Shown here one piece after another: positions 39,394-49,647 of a stretch of DNA of 57,894 nucleotides; the stretch's first letter is position 1; every line of letters begins with the position of its first letter. Made by a program: the position numbers and the translations under genes. The notes below the pieces were generated by a model. That model saw only the letters and a program-made list of their open reading frames with translations, was not told the origin of the DNA and ran no database searches. Origin of the DNA: an uncultured virus (IMG/VR IMGVR_UViG_3300042196_000264) (lineage: Duplodnaviria > Heunggongvirae > Uroviricota > Caudoviricetes); the IMG/VR virus record IMGVR_UViG_3300042196_000264. One strand, given 5' to 3'.

Positions 39394-39585
39394 ATGACCA
39401 ACATCATCACCCCCGCCCCCACCTACACCGTGCGCCCCCGCGGCTGCGCAGCCTGGTCAGGGCCTGGCCTGGACCAGGAGACCGCCATGGCCGACCGTGC
39501 GGCCTGCGCCGATGCAGGCCTGTGCGACGTCCTGATCGTCGACGACGCCACCGGCGAGGAGCTGGAGGAGGAGTCCGATGTCTGA
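39394..39585 (+). CDS. Small hypothetical protein, duplicated at 49275-49517
   Basis: AGGAG RBS; TYTVRPRGCAAWSGPGLD...DDATGEELEEE. Confidence 0.7.
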   Translation: MTNIITPAPTYTVRPRGCAAWSGPGLDQETAMADRAACADAGLCDVLIVDDATGEELEEESDV

Positions 39586-39946
39586 CAGCGCACCATCCAC
39601 CCTACTGGCCTCCACCCACGTCGGCCGCCGCCTGTCCGAGCAGGCGAGGGCGGGCGAGATACCCCCGCAATGGCGGCGTGTGCAGCGGTACTACGACCAT
39701 CCCGGCGAGCATCGGATCACCGACGACTGGACGTCCATCCCGGAGTGGACGATCGGCGCCAACACCACCGGCACAGTGCACGTGGTGCCCGCGAGTATCC
39801 TGCTCGCGGTGCTGGCGACAGAACTCCGCGCCGTGGTGCTGGCGGGCGGATTCCCGGGGGTCTCGCCAGAGTACATGATCGCGTGGGAGAGCCTACCGGT
39901 CGCCAGAGATCGCGGCGACGCGGACGAGATCTTAGGCGCGTCATGA
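39578..39946 (+). CDS. Hypothetical protein
   Basis: GGAGG RBS, overlaps the previous stop. Confidence 0.6.
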   Translation: MSDSAPSTLLASTHVGRRLSEQARAGEIPPQWRRVQRYYDHPGEHRITDDWTSIPEWTIGANTTGTVHVVPASILLAVLATELRAVVLAGGFPGVSPEYMIAWESLPVARDRGDADEILGAS

Positions 39947-39988
39947 CCGCGGCCCCAGTGCCGCACCACCACCGAAACGAGACCAGCC

Positions 39989-40315
39989 ATGACCGGCACC
40001 CACGCTGACACCACTACCGTGAGGGGCGACCGCATGAGTCCAGAAGCCGCAACACCGCGACAGCACCGACTCGCGCTCGACCGCTCGACGGGTAAGCCAT
40101 TTTGCGTCCTGATCCAGGCTGCGCTGCGCATGGACTGGTCTGTGATGCACCGAGTGAAAAGCGAGCACTGGGTCACGCTCCCGACCTCAGACCCCGTCCG
40201 AACGGTGTTCACAGGTCCAGAGTTGGATTCCTACGCCGCTGCTATCTGCGACAACGCACGTCGTGCCAAGATCGCGGAGTACTTGCAGTCCCTGCCCAAG
40301 GGGGCCGAGCCATGA
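39989..40315 (+). CDS. Hypothetical protein
   Basis: Preceded by the repeated leader CCACCGAAACGAGACCAGCCATG. Confidence 0.6.
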   Translation: MTGTHADTTTVRGDRMSPEAATPRQHRLALDRSTGKPFCVLIQAALRMDWSVMHRVKSEHWVTLPTSDPVRTVFTGPELDSYAAAICDNARRAKIAEYLQSLPKGAEP

Positions 40316-40692
40316 AGCGCGGAAGCATCACAAGGCTGAAGGGCCTCGGCAAGGGACTCTGGCAGAAGCTCGACATCGCGAAGTACCTCACAGAAGAACG
40401 TGAGTCCTGGAACCGTGACGGCCACATCTCCGAGGATACGAAGGCGGCCGAAGACCTCCGCGCCGAGCCCAGCGCGGTCGAGATGATGCGCCATGCCGTC
40501 GGATATCCCGGGCGCAATTTCTACTGCTGCGAACGGCACACCATGGAGTGGTCGCAGTGGTCCGGGCTCGTGAACCTCGGGCTCGCGCTGTTCGGGGCCG
40601 TCATCAACGACGGACAAGACCAATATTTCCACGTGACACCGGAGGGGCTCGCCTACCTGAAGAAGATCGACGAACGCAAACCCGACCGATGA
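40312..40692 (+). CDS. Hypothetical phage protein
   Basis: RNFYC..W..LV..GLA..YFHVTPEG; ATGA overlap. Confidence 0.6.
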   Translation: MKRGSITRLKGLGKGLWQKLDIAKYLTEERESWNRDGHISEDTKAAEDLRAEPSAVEMMRHAVGYPGRNFYCCERHTMEWSQWSGLVNLGLALFGAVINDGQDQYFHVTPEGLAYLKKIDERKPDR

Positions 40693-40802
40693 GACCCTCC
40701 CCAGGCACGGGCAGAAACGCGGCTGACAGCCATCCGGCCGCGTCTCGGGATCCTGGACACACCCGACTCGAACCGTCCCGCCGCAAGGCGCATGGAACCA
40801 TC

Positions 40803-42053
40803 ATGACCAACACCAACGTCACCACCACCGCAGCCCGTAGTACCGTTCCGATCCTCGTCTGGACCTCGGCGAAGTCCGCCGTCCTGCACTCGTGCGGTCA
40901 CGGCTGGCGGAAGATCGAGGTCGACACGGCCTCGTGGACCCCCGAGGAGCGTGCGCTCCTCGCCAGCCGCGTAATCGAGAAGGAGGGCGCCAGGTATGCC
41001 ATGGGGACGTCCAGCGCCCCAGAGGGCTACGACGTCGCTCCTCCGACCGCCGAGTCCCTGCGGGCCCATGTGGCTGATGAGATCGCGAAGCGAAAGGCCA
41101 CGCTGGACGCCAGCATCCAGGAGGCGCAGGCAGAACTCAAGAAACTGCGCGATATGCCGATCGCGGACCTCGGCAGGAAGCTCTGGAATAGCGGAGACAA
41201 CTTCTACATCGGGAACGCCAATGGACTCGACATGATACTCGGGCGGGAAACGAACGGCCACTGCACGCCGGGTGACATCGGGCGGCACGAGGAAGTCGAT
41301 GCGTGGCGACGGGACGAGAAACTGCGGCTGGAGCAGGAGGACGACGCAAAGCTGCAGGGAGAGATCGCCGGCCTTCGCTCCATGGGCATCGCGGAGTTCG
41401 TGGCCAAGATCTCTGACAGCGGGAGTGTCAGGGTCAGCGAGGTCTACCGAGACGTCACCGGCACGATGGAGCGCGCCGGATTTGCCAGTGAGAGCCTGTA
41501 CTCGTACTACATCCCTGCGTCAGCTATCGGACGGCAAGGCGAGGTCGAGCGCTACCGTGAGGACCTCCGCCTGGCCGAGACCGAACGAGCGGCCGCGCTC
41601 GAGTCCACCCTCGAGAGCCTCGATCCGAGCGTACTGCCACGTCACCGCGATGGGCTGCTGCCAGAACGCGAGCTCGAGGTGGTGCTCGCGAATCTGATCA
41701 CGCCCGCCGTGGATGGTCTCGAAAAGGTTCCGCTCCCCACCAAGCGTGGATTGGGGCTGGACCTCAAGAAGGTCGATGGTGTCCGATGGATCCTCGGCGG
41801 CACGCCAGACGGCATGACGGCGGCAGCGCATGCCGCACTCGTGACCGTCCGTAACAAGGCAGAGGGGATCCGTCTCCACGGCGGCGAGCCGGTGACGGTG
41901 GACTACGCCCTCGCCACGGAGTGGGTCTACGCCCCGGATGATGACGAGGCGGATGTGGACGGCGAGGTCGAGCGCGAACATCGGGTCGCCGTGGTACTGT
42001 CAGCGCAGGTGTGTGGCGTGGATATCAAGGTGACGCGGCTGCTCCCGCGGTGA
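40803..42053 (+). CDS. Hypothetical protein
   Basis: Long ORF with typical codon usage from MTNTN. Confidence 0.65.
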   Translation: MTNTNVTTTAARSTVPILVWTSAKSAVLHSCGHGWRKIEVDTASWTPEERALLASRVIEKEGARYAMGTSSAPEGYDVAPPTAESLRAHVADEIAKRKATLDASIQEAQAELKKLRDMPIADLGRKLWNSGDNFYIGNANGLDMILGRETNGHCTPGDIGRHEEVDAWRRDEKLRLEQEDDAKLQGEIAGLRSMGIAEFVAKISDSGSVRVSEVYRDVTGTMERAGFASESLYSYYIPASAIGRQGEVERYREDLRLAETERAAALESTLESLDPSVLPRHRDGLLPERELEVVLANLITPAVDGLEKVPLPTKRGLGLDLKKVDGVRWILGGTPDGMTAAAHAALVTVRNKAEGIRLHGGEPVTVDYALATEWVYAPDDDEADVDGEVEREHRVAVVLSAQVCGVDIKVTRLLPR

Positions 42054-42852
42054 CCGAAAGGTGTTCCTCCCGGCTGGTCGACAAGGCCGGCCGGGAGGAA
42101 CACCATCTGCAACCAACCCAGAGGTAACCCAAGATGAACCATGTAATCGACGTGGTGGTGGACAAGCACGACGGAGACCTGATCTGGTCCATGCACCACA
42201 ACGGCAAGATCATCGGATACGGAGCCGAGCCGAAGGGCAGACTGCTGAACGAGTGGGCCCAAGGACTTGTGGACGTTGCTGCCGCGGCCGGAGCAGCGGC
42301 CACCTCGATCCGGATCCACTGGTTGGTGCAGGAGGACGGGCTGTGCCCAGCGCTTCATTCTTGAGCAAGATCCGCGGCCAACTGCGGATCGCGTCTCGGC
42401 GAGGGGAGAAGTGCCCTGCCTGCCGAGGCCGCCGTGTGATCTGGCTGGCGCGTGGGTCGGTCCCTCCAGCACGCGGCGTGGTCGTGGACGAGGTGCGGGT
42501 CGACTGCCCAACATGCCAGGGACAAGGCTCATACACTCCCGCACGCGAAGAGGAACACAATGCCAACGACTGAGATCTCAAAACGATGCTGGGTCGAGGT
42601 GCTGGCGTCACTTGAAGAAGCCGAGCACCAGAAGTCCTGGGCTCATCCGAAGGACTTTGATGATCTCGGGAGAGCCGCGCTCGAGCAACTCCACGAACAG
42701 GGTTACACCATCAAACGTGGAGTCGACGGTCATCGCCTCTCAGGCACAGGCCGCGCCATCCTGCGTACATGGCGTTCCAGCGTGACCACGTTGACGTCAT
42801 ACCCGAGGATCTCCATGGCACCTGGCCCGGGAAAGCCGCTCGCCCACAAGGG

Positions 42853-43524
42853 CTAGGCCGAGAAGTGGACGACGCCGCTCGCTCGCATGCTCGTGAAGCC
42901 TCCGGCTCCGACGATCACATGATCGAGAACCGGGATCCCAACCTTTTCTCCCACGGAGATCATCCTCTCTGTCAACACTATGTCAGCATGGCTTGGCTCG
43001 AGCTTCCCTGACGGATGGTTGTGGAACAGGATGATGCTGTTGGCGGCCATGCGGACAGCCTCCCTGAAGACCTCGCGAGGATGGACCTGAACCTCGGTGA
43101 GACTTCCCGTGGCGACGATCAACACCTCGATGACACTGCTAGCGGTGCTGAGGATCAAAACTCCGAACGACTCTTGCTCTCGCCTGCCGATCATGACCCG
43201 CACGAACCTTGCAGCTGCAGCCGGGCCATCGACCTTCGAGTCGGCCATCGCCTGGCAGCTCTCGTCGCAGAACGTCGTCAGCTTGAACGCATAGTGGATC
43301 TGACGAGCCTGCTTCTCGGTTGCGCCGAGGTGCATGAGCGCGTTGATCGAAGCGTTCGCGAGCCCCTTGCCGGATGGATACGACACGAGTACAGCCTTGG
43401 CGGTCTTCTCGCTTACACCACCGACGTGACGGAGCGCTTCGACGATCGCATCCGACGGTCCCTGAAACCGCATGAGCTCGTTCGGGATCCGAGCCTTCGG
43501 AAGCGGCTTTGGCTTCCTCTTCAT
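42853..43524 (-). CDS. RadC/JAB-domain protein
   Basis: QESF, VHPREVFREAV, IILFHNHPSG..EPS.AD..LT, IPVLDHVIVG. Confidence 0.9.
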   Translation of the reverse strand: MKRKPKPLPKARIPNELMRFQGPSDAIVEALRHVGGVSEKTAKAVLVSYPSGKGLANASINALMHLGATEKQARQIHYAFKLTTFCDESCQAMADSKVDGPAAAARFVRVMIGRREQESFGVLILSTASSVIEVLIVATGSLTEVQVHPREVFREAVRMAANSIILFHNHPSGKLEPSHADIVLTERMISVGEKVGIPVLDHVIVGAGGFTSMRASGVVHFSA

Positions 43525-44096
43525 GTGGCCTCCCTGCGGATCACGTGCGGGAGCACGTACCGGCCGACGACGTAGAGGCTCCCGATCACAGACGCGAGCA
43601 CCACACCCTTCCGTGCTAGCCCCACCCAGTCCTGCATCGACCCGGGACGCGAGCTCGGCTTGATCGCCCCAGGAGTCCCCGGAGCTGCTTGCCCAATCCT
43701 CGCGTAGGCGAGGTCGATCTGCTCGAGGGCGCAGGCGTAGTACTCCTGCGCGGCGATCATCTTCTGGATCCCATGGACGATGTCCGTGGACCCCGGGAAC
43801 TCGATGCCGAGGTCCTCGGGTGTGACCACCGACGCGAACATCGCCTCCGCTGGGTGAACGTAGACGAGTACTGCGTCGGCCACGTCCTGGCGGCCGGCAG
43901 CGGCGGCGCGGGTGTTGAGGTCCCGCACCTTGGTCTGGACCTTCGTACGCAGGCTCGAGGTCCCAGCGTACCAGTCCGAGTAGTCGGGGGCGTTGCAGTA
44001 GAGCTCGGCGCCGAACAGCCCCTCGCACGGGGACTCAGGGGCCTTGCCCGTGCTGGAACGGATCAGATGCTTGTAGGCCTCGCCGCAGGCTGGCAT
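43521..44096 (-). CDS. Hypothetical protein with C-terminal TM
   Basis: Ends GVVLASVIGSLYVVGRY..RR. Confidence 0.6.
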   Translation of the reverse strand: MPACGEAYKHLIRSSTGKAPESPCEGLFGAELYCNAPDYSDWYAGTSSLRTKVQTKVRDLNTRAAAAGRQDVADAVLVYVHPAEAMFASVVTPEDLGIEFPGSTDIVHGIQKMIAAQEYYACALEQIDLAYARIGQAAPGTPGAIKPSSRPGSMQDWVGLARKGVVLASVIGSLYVVGRYVLPHVIRREAT

Positions 44097-44153
44097 GCCT
44101 GGAGCCTACCACGGGCCACGGGACCGCCTCTGCGGCCCTGGGGGGGACCCGCC

Positions 44154-44750
44154 CTAGGGCCCGGGACGTTCGGTCGGCACGAGGTCCTTCGGCAGCCGGT
44201 GAAGGGGCCCCCTGTACAACACGAGCTTCGGCGTGGAGTCAGACCAGACGCGCGGCCCGTGCGTATGCCCCGGAGGCCTCCTGGCGCTTCGCCCCGTCGT
44301 CCAGCCCAGAGACCTGTAACCCGCGCGCCGGAAACAGGCACCCAGGACGACGTCTCCCTGGCCGACCATCGTCTCCCAGTGGACTAGGCTCCCGTATCGG
44401 GACTCCCAGGTGGCCTGTGCGATCGGATGCCAGCGCTTCAGGATCTGGGATGCGACGAGTGATCTCTCTGGAAGCAGGCGGTAGATGAAGCAGGACGCAG
44501 TGCCAACTGCAGGCCTGGCGTCTTCCAGGCCGATGCGACGTCTGGCTGCGAGCTTGAACGTGGGCTCACCGAGGCCAATCCATCCGACTGGAATCCCCGT
44601 GTCCTCGATGCGCCAGGCGATCTTGCGTCCTGGCGGTGGGCCGCGACTCCCGGTGTAGTGGTTGCGGATCTGCTGAACGAACTCGGGATCCCACGTACTG
44701 ATCTCGACGAACGCGAGCCCCCGAACGAGCGGAAGGGACAGCTGGATCAC
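44154..44750 (-). CDS. DUF4338 (DruA)/Mom-like protein
   Basis: NHY..PPGRKIAW, GWIGLGEP..L..R..IG, ET.V, GACFRRAGY..LGWTTGR. GTG start overlaps the upstream stop. Confidence 0.55.
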   Translation of the reverse strand: MIQLSLPLVRGLAFVEISTWDPEFVQQIRNHYTGSRGPPPGRKIAWRIEDTGIPVGWIGLGEPTFKLAARRRIGLEDARPAVGTASCFIYRLLPERSLVASQILKRWHPIAQATWESRYGSLVHWETMVGQGDVVLGACFRRAGYRSLGWTTGRSARRPPGHTHGPRVWSDSTPKLVLYRGPLHRLPKDLVPTERPGP

Positions 44751-44940
44751 CGGATCTTGTCCCAGAAGGCCTGAAGGTTCTTCACCGTCCATCCGTTGCT
44801 CGGCATGCCCAGGAGGATGCGGACCAGACACGCCGGACACGTCTCGGACTCTCGGGAGCCGTAGGTGTAGGGCAGGACTCGTCCGCACGTATGACGGAAC
44901 CCATCCGTGCGCACGAGTTCCTCGAGCATGTCCCTGTAGC

Positions 44941-45906
44941 TCACCCGCGTGCTTTCTTCAGTCTCGAGACGATGGCGCGCGTGTTGGTGCTCCTGGCTAC
45001 CTTCATGACCTTCCTGTCCACAACGAGCTTCTTGAGCGCCTTCCCGCTGACGATGCGGATCGCCGTGTGTGGCCTGCCGTACTCGTCTTCGTCCTCTCCA
45101 ACGATGATGTCGTAGCCGCGAAACTTCCTCACGGCTCCGTCGCCGGGGTGAGTGTCCGTGTCATGCGCGTATGCTCCGACATCGAGAACGCGGAGTCCTT
45201 CGGTGTTGAGCACGGCCGTTCTCACGTCTCCGCGAGTACCCGCGAACGCACGCGCTGGCTTCTCCTCGATCGACCACCATTGGCCCACGTGCTTCCTGAA
45301 ATTGTACCTGGTGCCATGGAATAACTCGAGCATGACCGGCATCCACGATGGTCGCTCCCCGCGAGGATTCCCCTCGCGGGGAGGCTCGGATTCGCGCAGC
45401 GTCGAGAGCTTGTTGGGGTCCCATACGATCAGGTGCTTCTTGCCGTAGGACTTCTCGACGATCACGCCGTCGAAGCCGAGGGACCGTACCGCCATGATCC
45501 ATCGCTCAGCGTCGTGGCGGAAGAGGTCCGAGTACAGGGATACGAGCGCGTCGTGGAGCGTGTTCTGGCGCGCGTACTTCCGGAGCACGTCATCACGCTT
45601 AACACTCTCGCCCCAGTTGGATAGGAAAACCTCTCTGTCCTCCGGCTCCGCTTGTGCGTAGATCTCGCGCAGCGCCTTGAGCGTCGGCGGCTTCATGGGC
45701 ATGACACGAAAACGCTTCGGCAGATCCGTTTCGACCACGCGCGGCCCGTACGAGGCGGCTTGTTCGTAGTCGGAGGTGAAGTAGATCCCCGGCCCCTCCT
45801 CGTTGAGGGATCTGGTGGTGCGGTCGCGATCCCACTTCCAGTCCGATGGGAATGATGTCCGAAGGAAGCTGTCGCCGCGGTACCATGCCATGGCTACCAT
45901 GCCCAT
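44941..45906 (-). CDS. Tandem ADP-ribosyltransferase-like (ART-PolyVal-type) domains
   Basis: WYRG..GPGIYFTSD..QA..YG..GFDGVIV..IVWDP; second unit LFHGT..WWS..A.AFA..GYDII. Confidence 0.55.
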   Translation of the reverse strand: MGMVAMAWYRGDSFLRTSFPSDWKWDRDRTTRSLNEEGPGIYFTSDYEQAASYGPRVVETDLPKRFRVMPMKPPTLKALREIYAQAEPEDREVFLSNWGESVKRDDVLRKYARQNTLHDALVSLYSDLFRHDAERWIMAVRSLGFDGVIVEKSYGKKHLIVWDPNKLSTLRESEPPREGNPRGERPSWMPVMLELFHGTRYNFRKHVGQWWSIEEKPARAFAGTRGDVRTAVLNTEGLRVLDVGAYAHDTDTHPGDGAVRKFRGYDIIVGEDEDEYGRPHTAIRIVSGKALKKLVVDRKVMKVARSTNTRAIVSRLKKARG

Positions 45907-46498
45907 ACTTGACGATCGAGTCCGGTCCCGGTCTCAAAACCATCGACGGACATAATGTCTGGCTTCCAGATCCCGAACTCGTAGAAGTCGGCATCCACCA
46001 CACGTGGCACAACGATCGTGGGAACGCCGACGATCATCCCCGCGCCAGTGACCGCAAGCCCACGCAGGAAGAGGCGGCGATCAAGGCGTTCGATCGCAGC
46101 ATCGTTGCCGAGTTGAAACAGGGATCTGATCCTCTCTACGATGTGCCTTGGTGTTTTCATGTTTCCTCCCGCGCACGAGCCAGTGCCCCATGGGTTTGTT
46201 TCATGGGCGATTCCTCACGCCCTCCGGAGTTCTCCTCCGTCAGCATGCCCCGTGGGGCGCTGGCTCGTGCGCGCGTGCCATCACGTGACGATACACCCCC
46301 TCGTGGAGCCGCATGCGTTTTTCATGACCTCGACGGCGACGCGAAGATTCGCCTCTTCGAGGTAGCCATCGATCGCGGACTCTGCCTCCGCGGGTGGGTA
46401 GCACCCGCAAACCTGGAGTCCTGGCGCGGTAATCGTGAAGAACGTGGCCACGGACCCGTCCGTGCGCACGATCTTCTCTCGGGTGACCATGGTGTTCA

Positions 46499-46816
46499 TC
46501 AGATCAACTCCAGCGCGAGCATCCAGGAGGGCGAGCCGCGCTCGTCGACCCCGTCTGGCTCGACGCGTTCGCCCAGCATGGACTCGCACCAGCCATCGTG
46601 TTCCCACTCGATCAACTGCTCGGTGCTCGGACGCTTGAGTCCGAGTGCCTTCGTAGCCGCCCTGCAGCTGATTGCTCGGGGGCCAGTGGCCAGCCGGAGA
46701 AACGCCTTGCCCCCCTCGAAGTAGAGCGGCGTTCCAGGAGGGACGACGAGTTCCTCTCCTGGTCCCACGAGGAGACGGAGTTGGTGGTCAGTGGACAGGT
46801 TCTGTGGGTCGGTCAT
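46499..46816 (-). CDS. Hypothetical phage protein
   Basis: PSTEQLIEW..DGWCE..G.RVEPDG.D..GSPSW.L.L motif. Confidence 0.6.
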   Translation of the reverse strand: MTDPQNLSTDHQLRLLVGPGEELVVPPGTPLYFEGGKAFLRLATGPRAISCRAATKALGLKRPSTEQLIEWEHDGWCESMLGERVEPDGVDERGSPSWMLALELI

Positions 46817-47397
46817 GTTGCCCTCGGACGGGAGTCCACGACTACGTATTCACCGCGAATCCTGCGGCAGGCCTCGATCATCTTACGCGCGGTGACCGTA
46901 CGTGCCAACCGGTTGAAGTCCGCCCCCGTACCAGCACGGCCAACCGGCCATCCGTGCAGGTTGTACGTGTGCTCCCAGGGCATGCCGAGTTCGCGCTCGG
47001 CGAGGATCCCGACTACACTCGCTCGCCGTTCCTCTCGCCCCGCGACCCAGTATGGGACCGTGAGGTTCGCGGCCTGCCAGGGCCCGGGGCTGTCGCCGAG
47101 TCCGAATTCTGGGAGTGGCCGACGGTGGGACGGTGCGCAGAGCCAGTGTGCGACGTCGTGGATCAGCTCCGACGGGTCGTCTGGGACCGCACGCAGCCGG
47201 CTGCCGTCCCAGGCGTAGTGTTCCCAGCTTTTTCTGGGCGGCCAAATGATCTCAACTTCCAGCCCAAAGCGTCTCGCGAGTGCGCATGCGAGTGCGAGGT
47301 GGTGGTACTCGACAGGACGGGCAGGCATGCTCATGTGGGACCTCGGGCATCCAGGACGGAGGGGACCATGGCAGTATTCACGCAGAACATGGAGCAA
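46813..47397 (-). CDS. Metal-binding protein, EpmC-like motif
   Basis: LIHDVAHW.CA...RR.LPEFG...EERRAS; start uncertain. Confidence 0.45.
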   Translation of the reverse strand: MLHVLREYCHGPLRPGCPRSHMSMPARPVEYHHLALACALARRFGLEVEIIWPPRKSWEHYAWDGSRLRAVPDDPSELIHDVAHWLCAPSHRRPLPEFGLGDSPGPWQAANLTVPYWVAGREERRASVVGILAERELGMPWEHTYNLHGWPVGRAGTGADFNRLARTVTARKMIEACRRIRGEYVVVDSRPRAT

Positions 47398-47433
47398 ATG
47401 AAGCCCCGCCTAGGAGCCGCCGCGCCTGGGTGG

Positions 47434-47462
47434 TGAATGCGGGGCTCGAGCCCGCCGTCTTA
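47434..47462 (+). promoter_or_regulatory. ECF-like promoter variant upstream of the methylase
   Basis: TGAATG-N16-CGTCTTA. Confidence 0.55.
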
Positions 47463-47522
47463 CCCCGTCACCCCCGGGACGCGGCCCCAGTGCCGCACCC
47501 ACCACCACCCGGAGAACCAGCC

Positions 47523-48719
47523 ATGACCGACACCAAGAACGACCCGAGGCGCGCCTTGAAACTGACCGGACGCGCGATCGATCGGCTCGACGATGCTCTT
47601 GCAGCGTCAGGGTACAGCTACAAGGCAGGCGCGACGCACAACTTCTACCACTACCCGGCACGCTTCTCGGCTGACATCGCGCGCGCCGTAATCGAGAACT
47701 TCTCCGCGCCGGGAGATGTTGTTCTCGATCCCTTCATGGGAGGCGGGACATCCATCATCGAGGGGCTGCGGTTGGGACGCCGGATGATCGGCGTCGACAT
47801 CAACTCGTTGGCGCACTTCGTCGCATCTGTTCGAACGACGCCGCTCTCGACGAACGATGGGGTCGCGCTCCGAGCATGGGCGCGAGACTCGGCGCGCATC
47901 TTCGGTGGGTCCTATCCCCCGGATGCTGAGCTGCCCCGAATCGTCAACCTTCCACGCGCCGTGGAGTTATTCCTCTCGGGGGCACTCCAGTTGAGCGACG
48001 GTCTTGAGTGGCCTCGCCAGCGAGCGTTCGCGCGCTGTGCACTGCTGCGCCTCGGCCAGTGGGCCCTGGATTGCCGCGACTTCGCGAGCCTGCGACGGCG
48101 TAGGCTTGCTCTCCGCCTACCCGATCAGGTGGACGAGATGCTCTCCGGCATGGAGGAGTTCGTCCAGGACTGCCGCACCGCGGGGGTGAGCAAGAACGAG
48201 ATCTCCTCGCGTCGCCTCCTGTTCTACAGGTCGGCGGTCGGGCTAGAGCAGGAGAGCTCCATCCGCGATCTCGGAGCAAAGCCGAGGCTCGTCTTCACCT
48301 CGCCGCCATACCCTAGTGTTCACATGCTGTACCACCGGTGGCAGTTCCGCGGCCGAAAGGAGACTCCAGCGCCATACTGGCTTGCGCGCGTGCCTGACGG
48401 CCACTACGAGAAACACTACACCGGCGGAAGCCGCACCCCGACAGGCCAAGCGAATTACTTCGCGATGATCGAGGCAGCGTTCCGATCTGTCCGGACGCTC
48501 ATTCATCCAAATTCGCTTGTGGTCCAACTCGTAGGTTTCTCCGACACCCGGACCCAACTACCCAGGTATCTTGCGGCTATGCGATCCGCCGGGTTTCGGG
48601 AGTCTCGTGGGGACGACCGACTGGATCGACAGGTGCCTAACCGGAAGTGGTACGCACGCATGCAAGGATCCCTCGATGCCTCGACGGAACTTGTTCTGCT
48701 GCACCGCCCTGAAAAATGA
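47523..48719 (+). CDS. N4-cytosine-type DNA methyltransferase (motif I before motif IV)
   Basis: THNFYHYPARF, VLDPFMGGGT, GVDIN, FTSPPY. Confidence 0.88.
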   Translation: MTDTKNDPRRALKLTGRAIDRLDDALAASGYSYKAGATHNFYHYPARFSADIARAVIENFSAPGDVVLDPFMGGGTSIIEGLRLGRRMIGVDINSLAHFVASVRTTPLSTNDGVALRAWARDSARIFGGSYPPDAELPRIVNLPRAVELFLSGALQLSDGLEWPRQRAFARCALLRLGQWALDCRDFASLRRRRLALRLPDQVDEMLSGMEEFVQDCRTAGVSKNEISSRRLLFYRSAVGLEQESSIRDLGAKPRLVFTSPPYPSVHMLYHRWQFRGRKETPAPYWLARVPDGHYEKHYTGGSRTPTGQANYFAMIEAAFRSVRTLIHPNSLVVQLVGFSDTRTQLPRYLAAMRSAGFRESRGDDRLDRQVPNRKWYARMQGSLDASTELVLLHRPEK

Positions 48720-48970
48720 GATTGCCCCGCAGCATCGTGCCACGCGGGCGTCGTGCGCGGAGCCGGCTTGAGAGCTTGACTGTGGCGGGGGGGGGGTGAA
48801 TCGGTCGGAGGGTCGTGGTCCTAGAGGAGGAGGCCATCCGGGCGGCCTTCGAGACTGAGTGCGCGGAACGCGGAATCCCGGTGGAAGAGATCGTGGAGTG
48901 CTGGGACGGCGACTGGCGCGCGGCCGCGCGGAGCTGCGGGCTGCCGGCCTAGTGCAAAGTGATCTGGCCC

Positions 48971-48999
48971 TGAATACTGGCCTACCACCCACCGTCTGA
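48971..48999 (+). promoter_or_regulatory. ECF-like promoter
   Basis: TGAATA-N16-CGTCTGA-N6-ATG(49006). Confidence 0.7.
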
Positions 49000-49005
49000 C
49001 CCAAC

Positions 49006-49212
49006 ATGATGACCACCACCGCCACCACCACCGACCGAATCAGCCTGCTCCGCGCGACGGGCCGCGCCGCGGAGGCCGACGAACTCCAGGGTCGGGTAGA
49101 CGCGGGAGCCGTCGATGTCGGGCCGGACGGCCGCGCCTACCTGCGCGTCCGCGACGACGCGGGCGACTGGCTGTGGCTGGTGGTGGGCCCCGAGACGCAG
49201 ACGCCCCGCTGA
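49006..49212 (+). CDS. Hypothetical protein (possibly leaderless)
   Basis: ATG lies 6 nt after the -10 motif. Confidence 0.6.
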   Translation: MMTTTATTTDRISLLRATGRAAEADELQGRVDAGAVDVGPDGRAYLRVRDDAGDWLWLVVGPETQTPR

Positions 49213-49274
49213 GGTACCGCGTCCGCGGTCCCACCCCAACCCACCCCAACCAACCCACCGAAACGAGACCAGCC

Positions 49275-49517
49275 ATGACCACCACCACCTGCCGCGACTG
49301 GACCGCGTACCAATTCATGGCTCGCCGCGCCCCGGGCGAAGCCGTGGATGACACCTACACCGTGCGCCCCCGCGGCTGCGCAGCCTGGTCCGGCCCAGGC
49401 CTGGACTTGGAGTCCGCCCTGGCCGACCGTGCGGCCTGCGCCGATGCAGGACTGTGCGACGTCCTGATCCTCGACGACGCGACCGGCGAGGAGTTGGAGG
49501 AGGAGTGCGATGTCTGA
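49275..49517 (+). CDS. Paralog of 39394-39585
   Basis: 168-bp near-identical repeat (49352-49519 vs 39420-39587). Confidence 0.7.
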   Translation: MTTTTCRDWTAYQFMARRAPGEAVDDTYTVRPRGCAAWSGPGLDLESALADRAACADAGLCDVLILDDATGEELEEECDV

Positions 49518-49647
49518 CACCCATCGCGAGTACGACTACGCCAGCCAAGGCCACGCGCGACCTCGCGAAGTTGATCCTCGACGAGATCGTGCACCGACGT
49601 CACAAGGACGAAGCGGACCGGAGTACGCACACGAGGAGTGGTGCCCC

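Noticed and set aside
48787..48796. Poly-G10 tract as a phase-variation switch
   Set aside because: Intergenic, with no clear link to a promoter spacer or reading frame.
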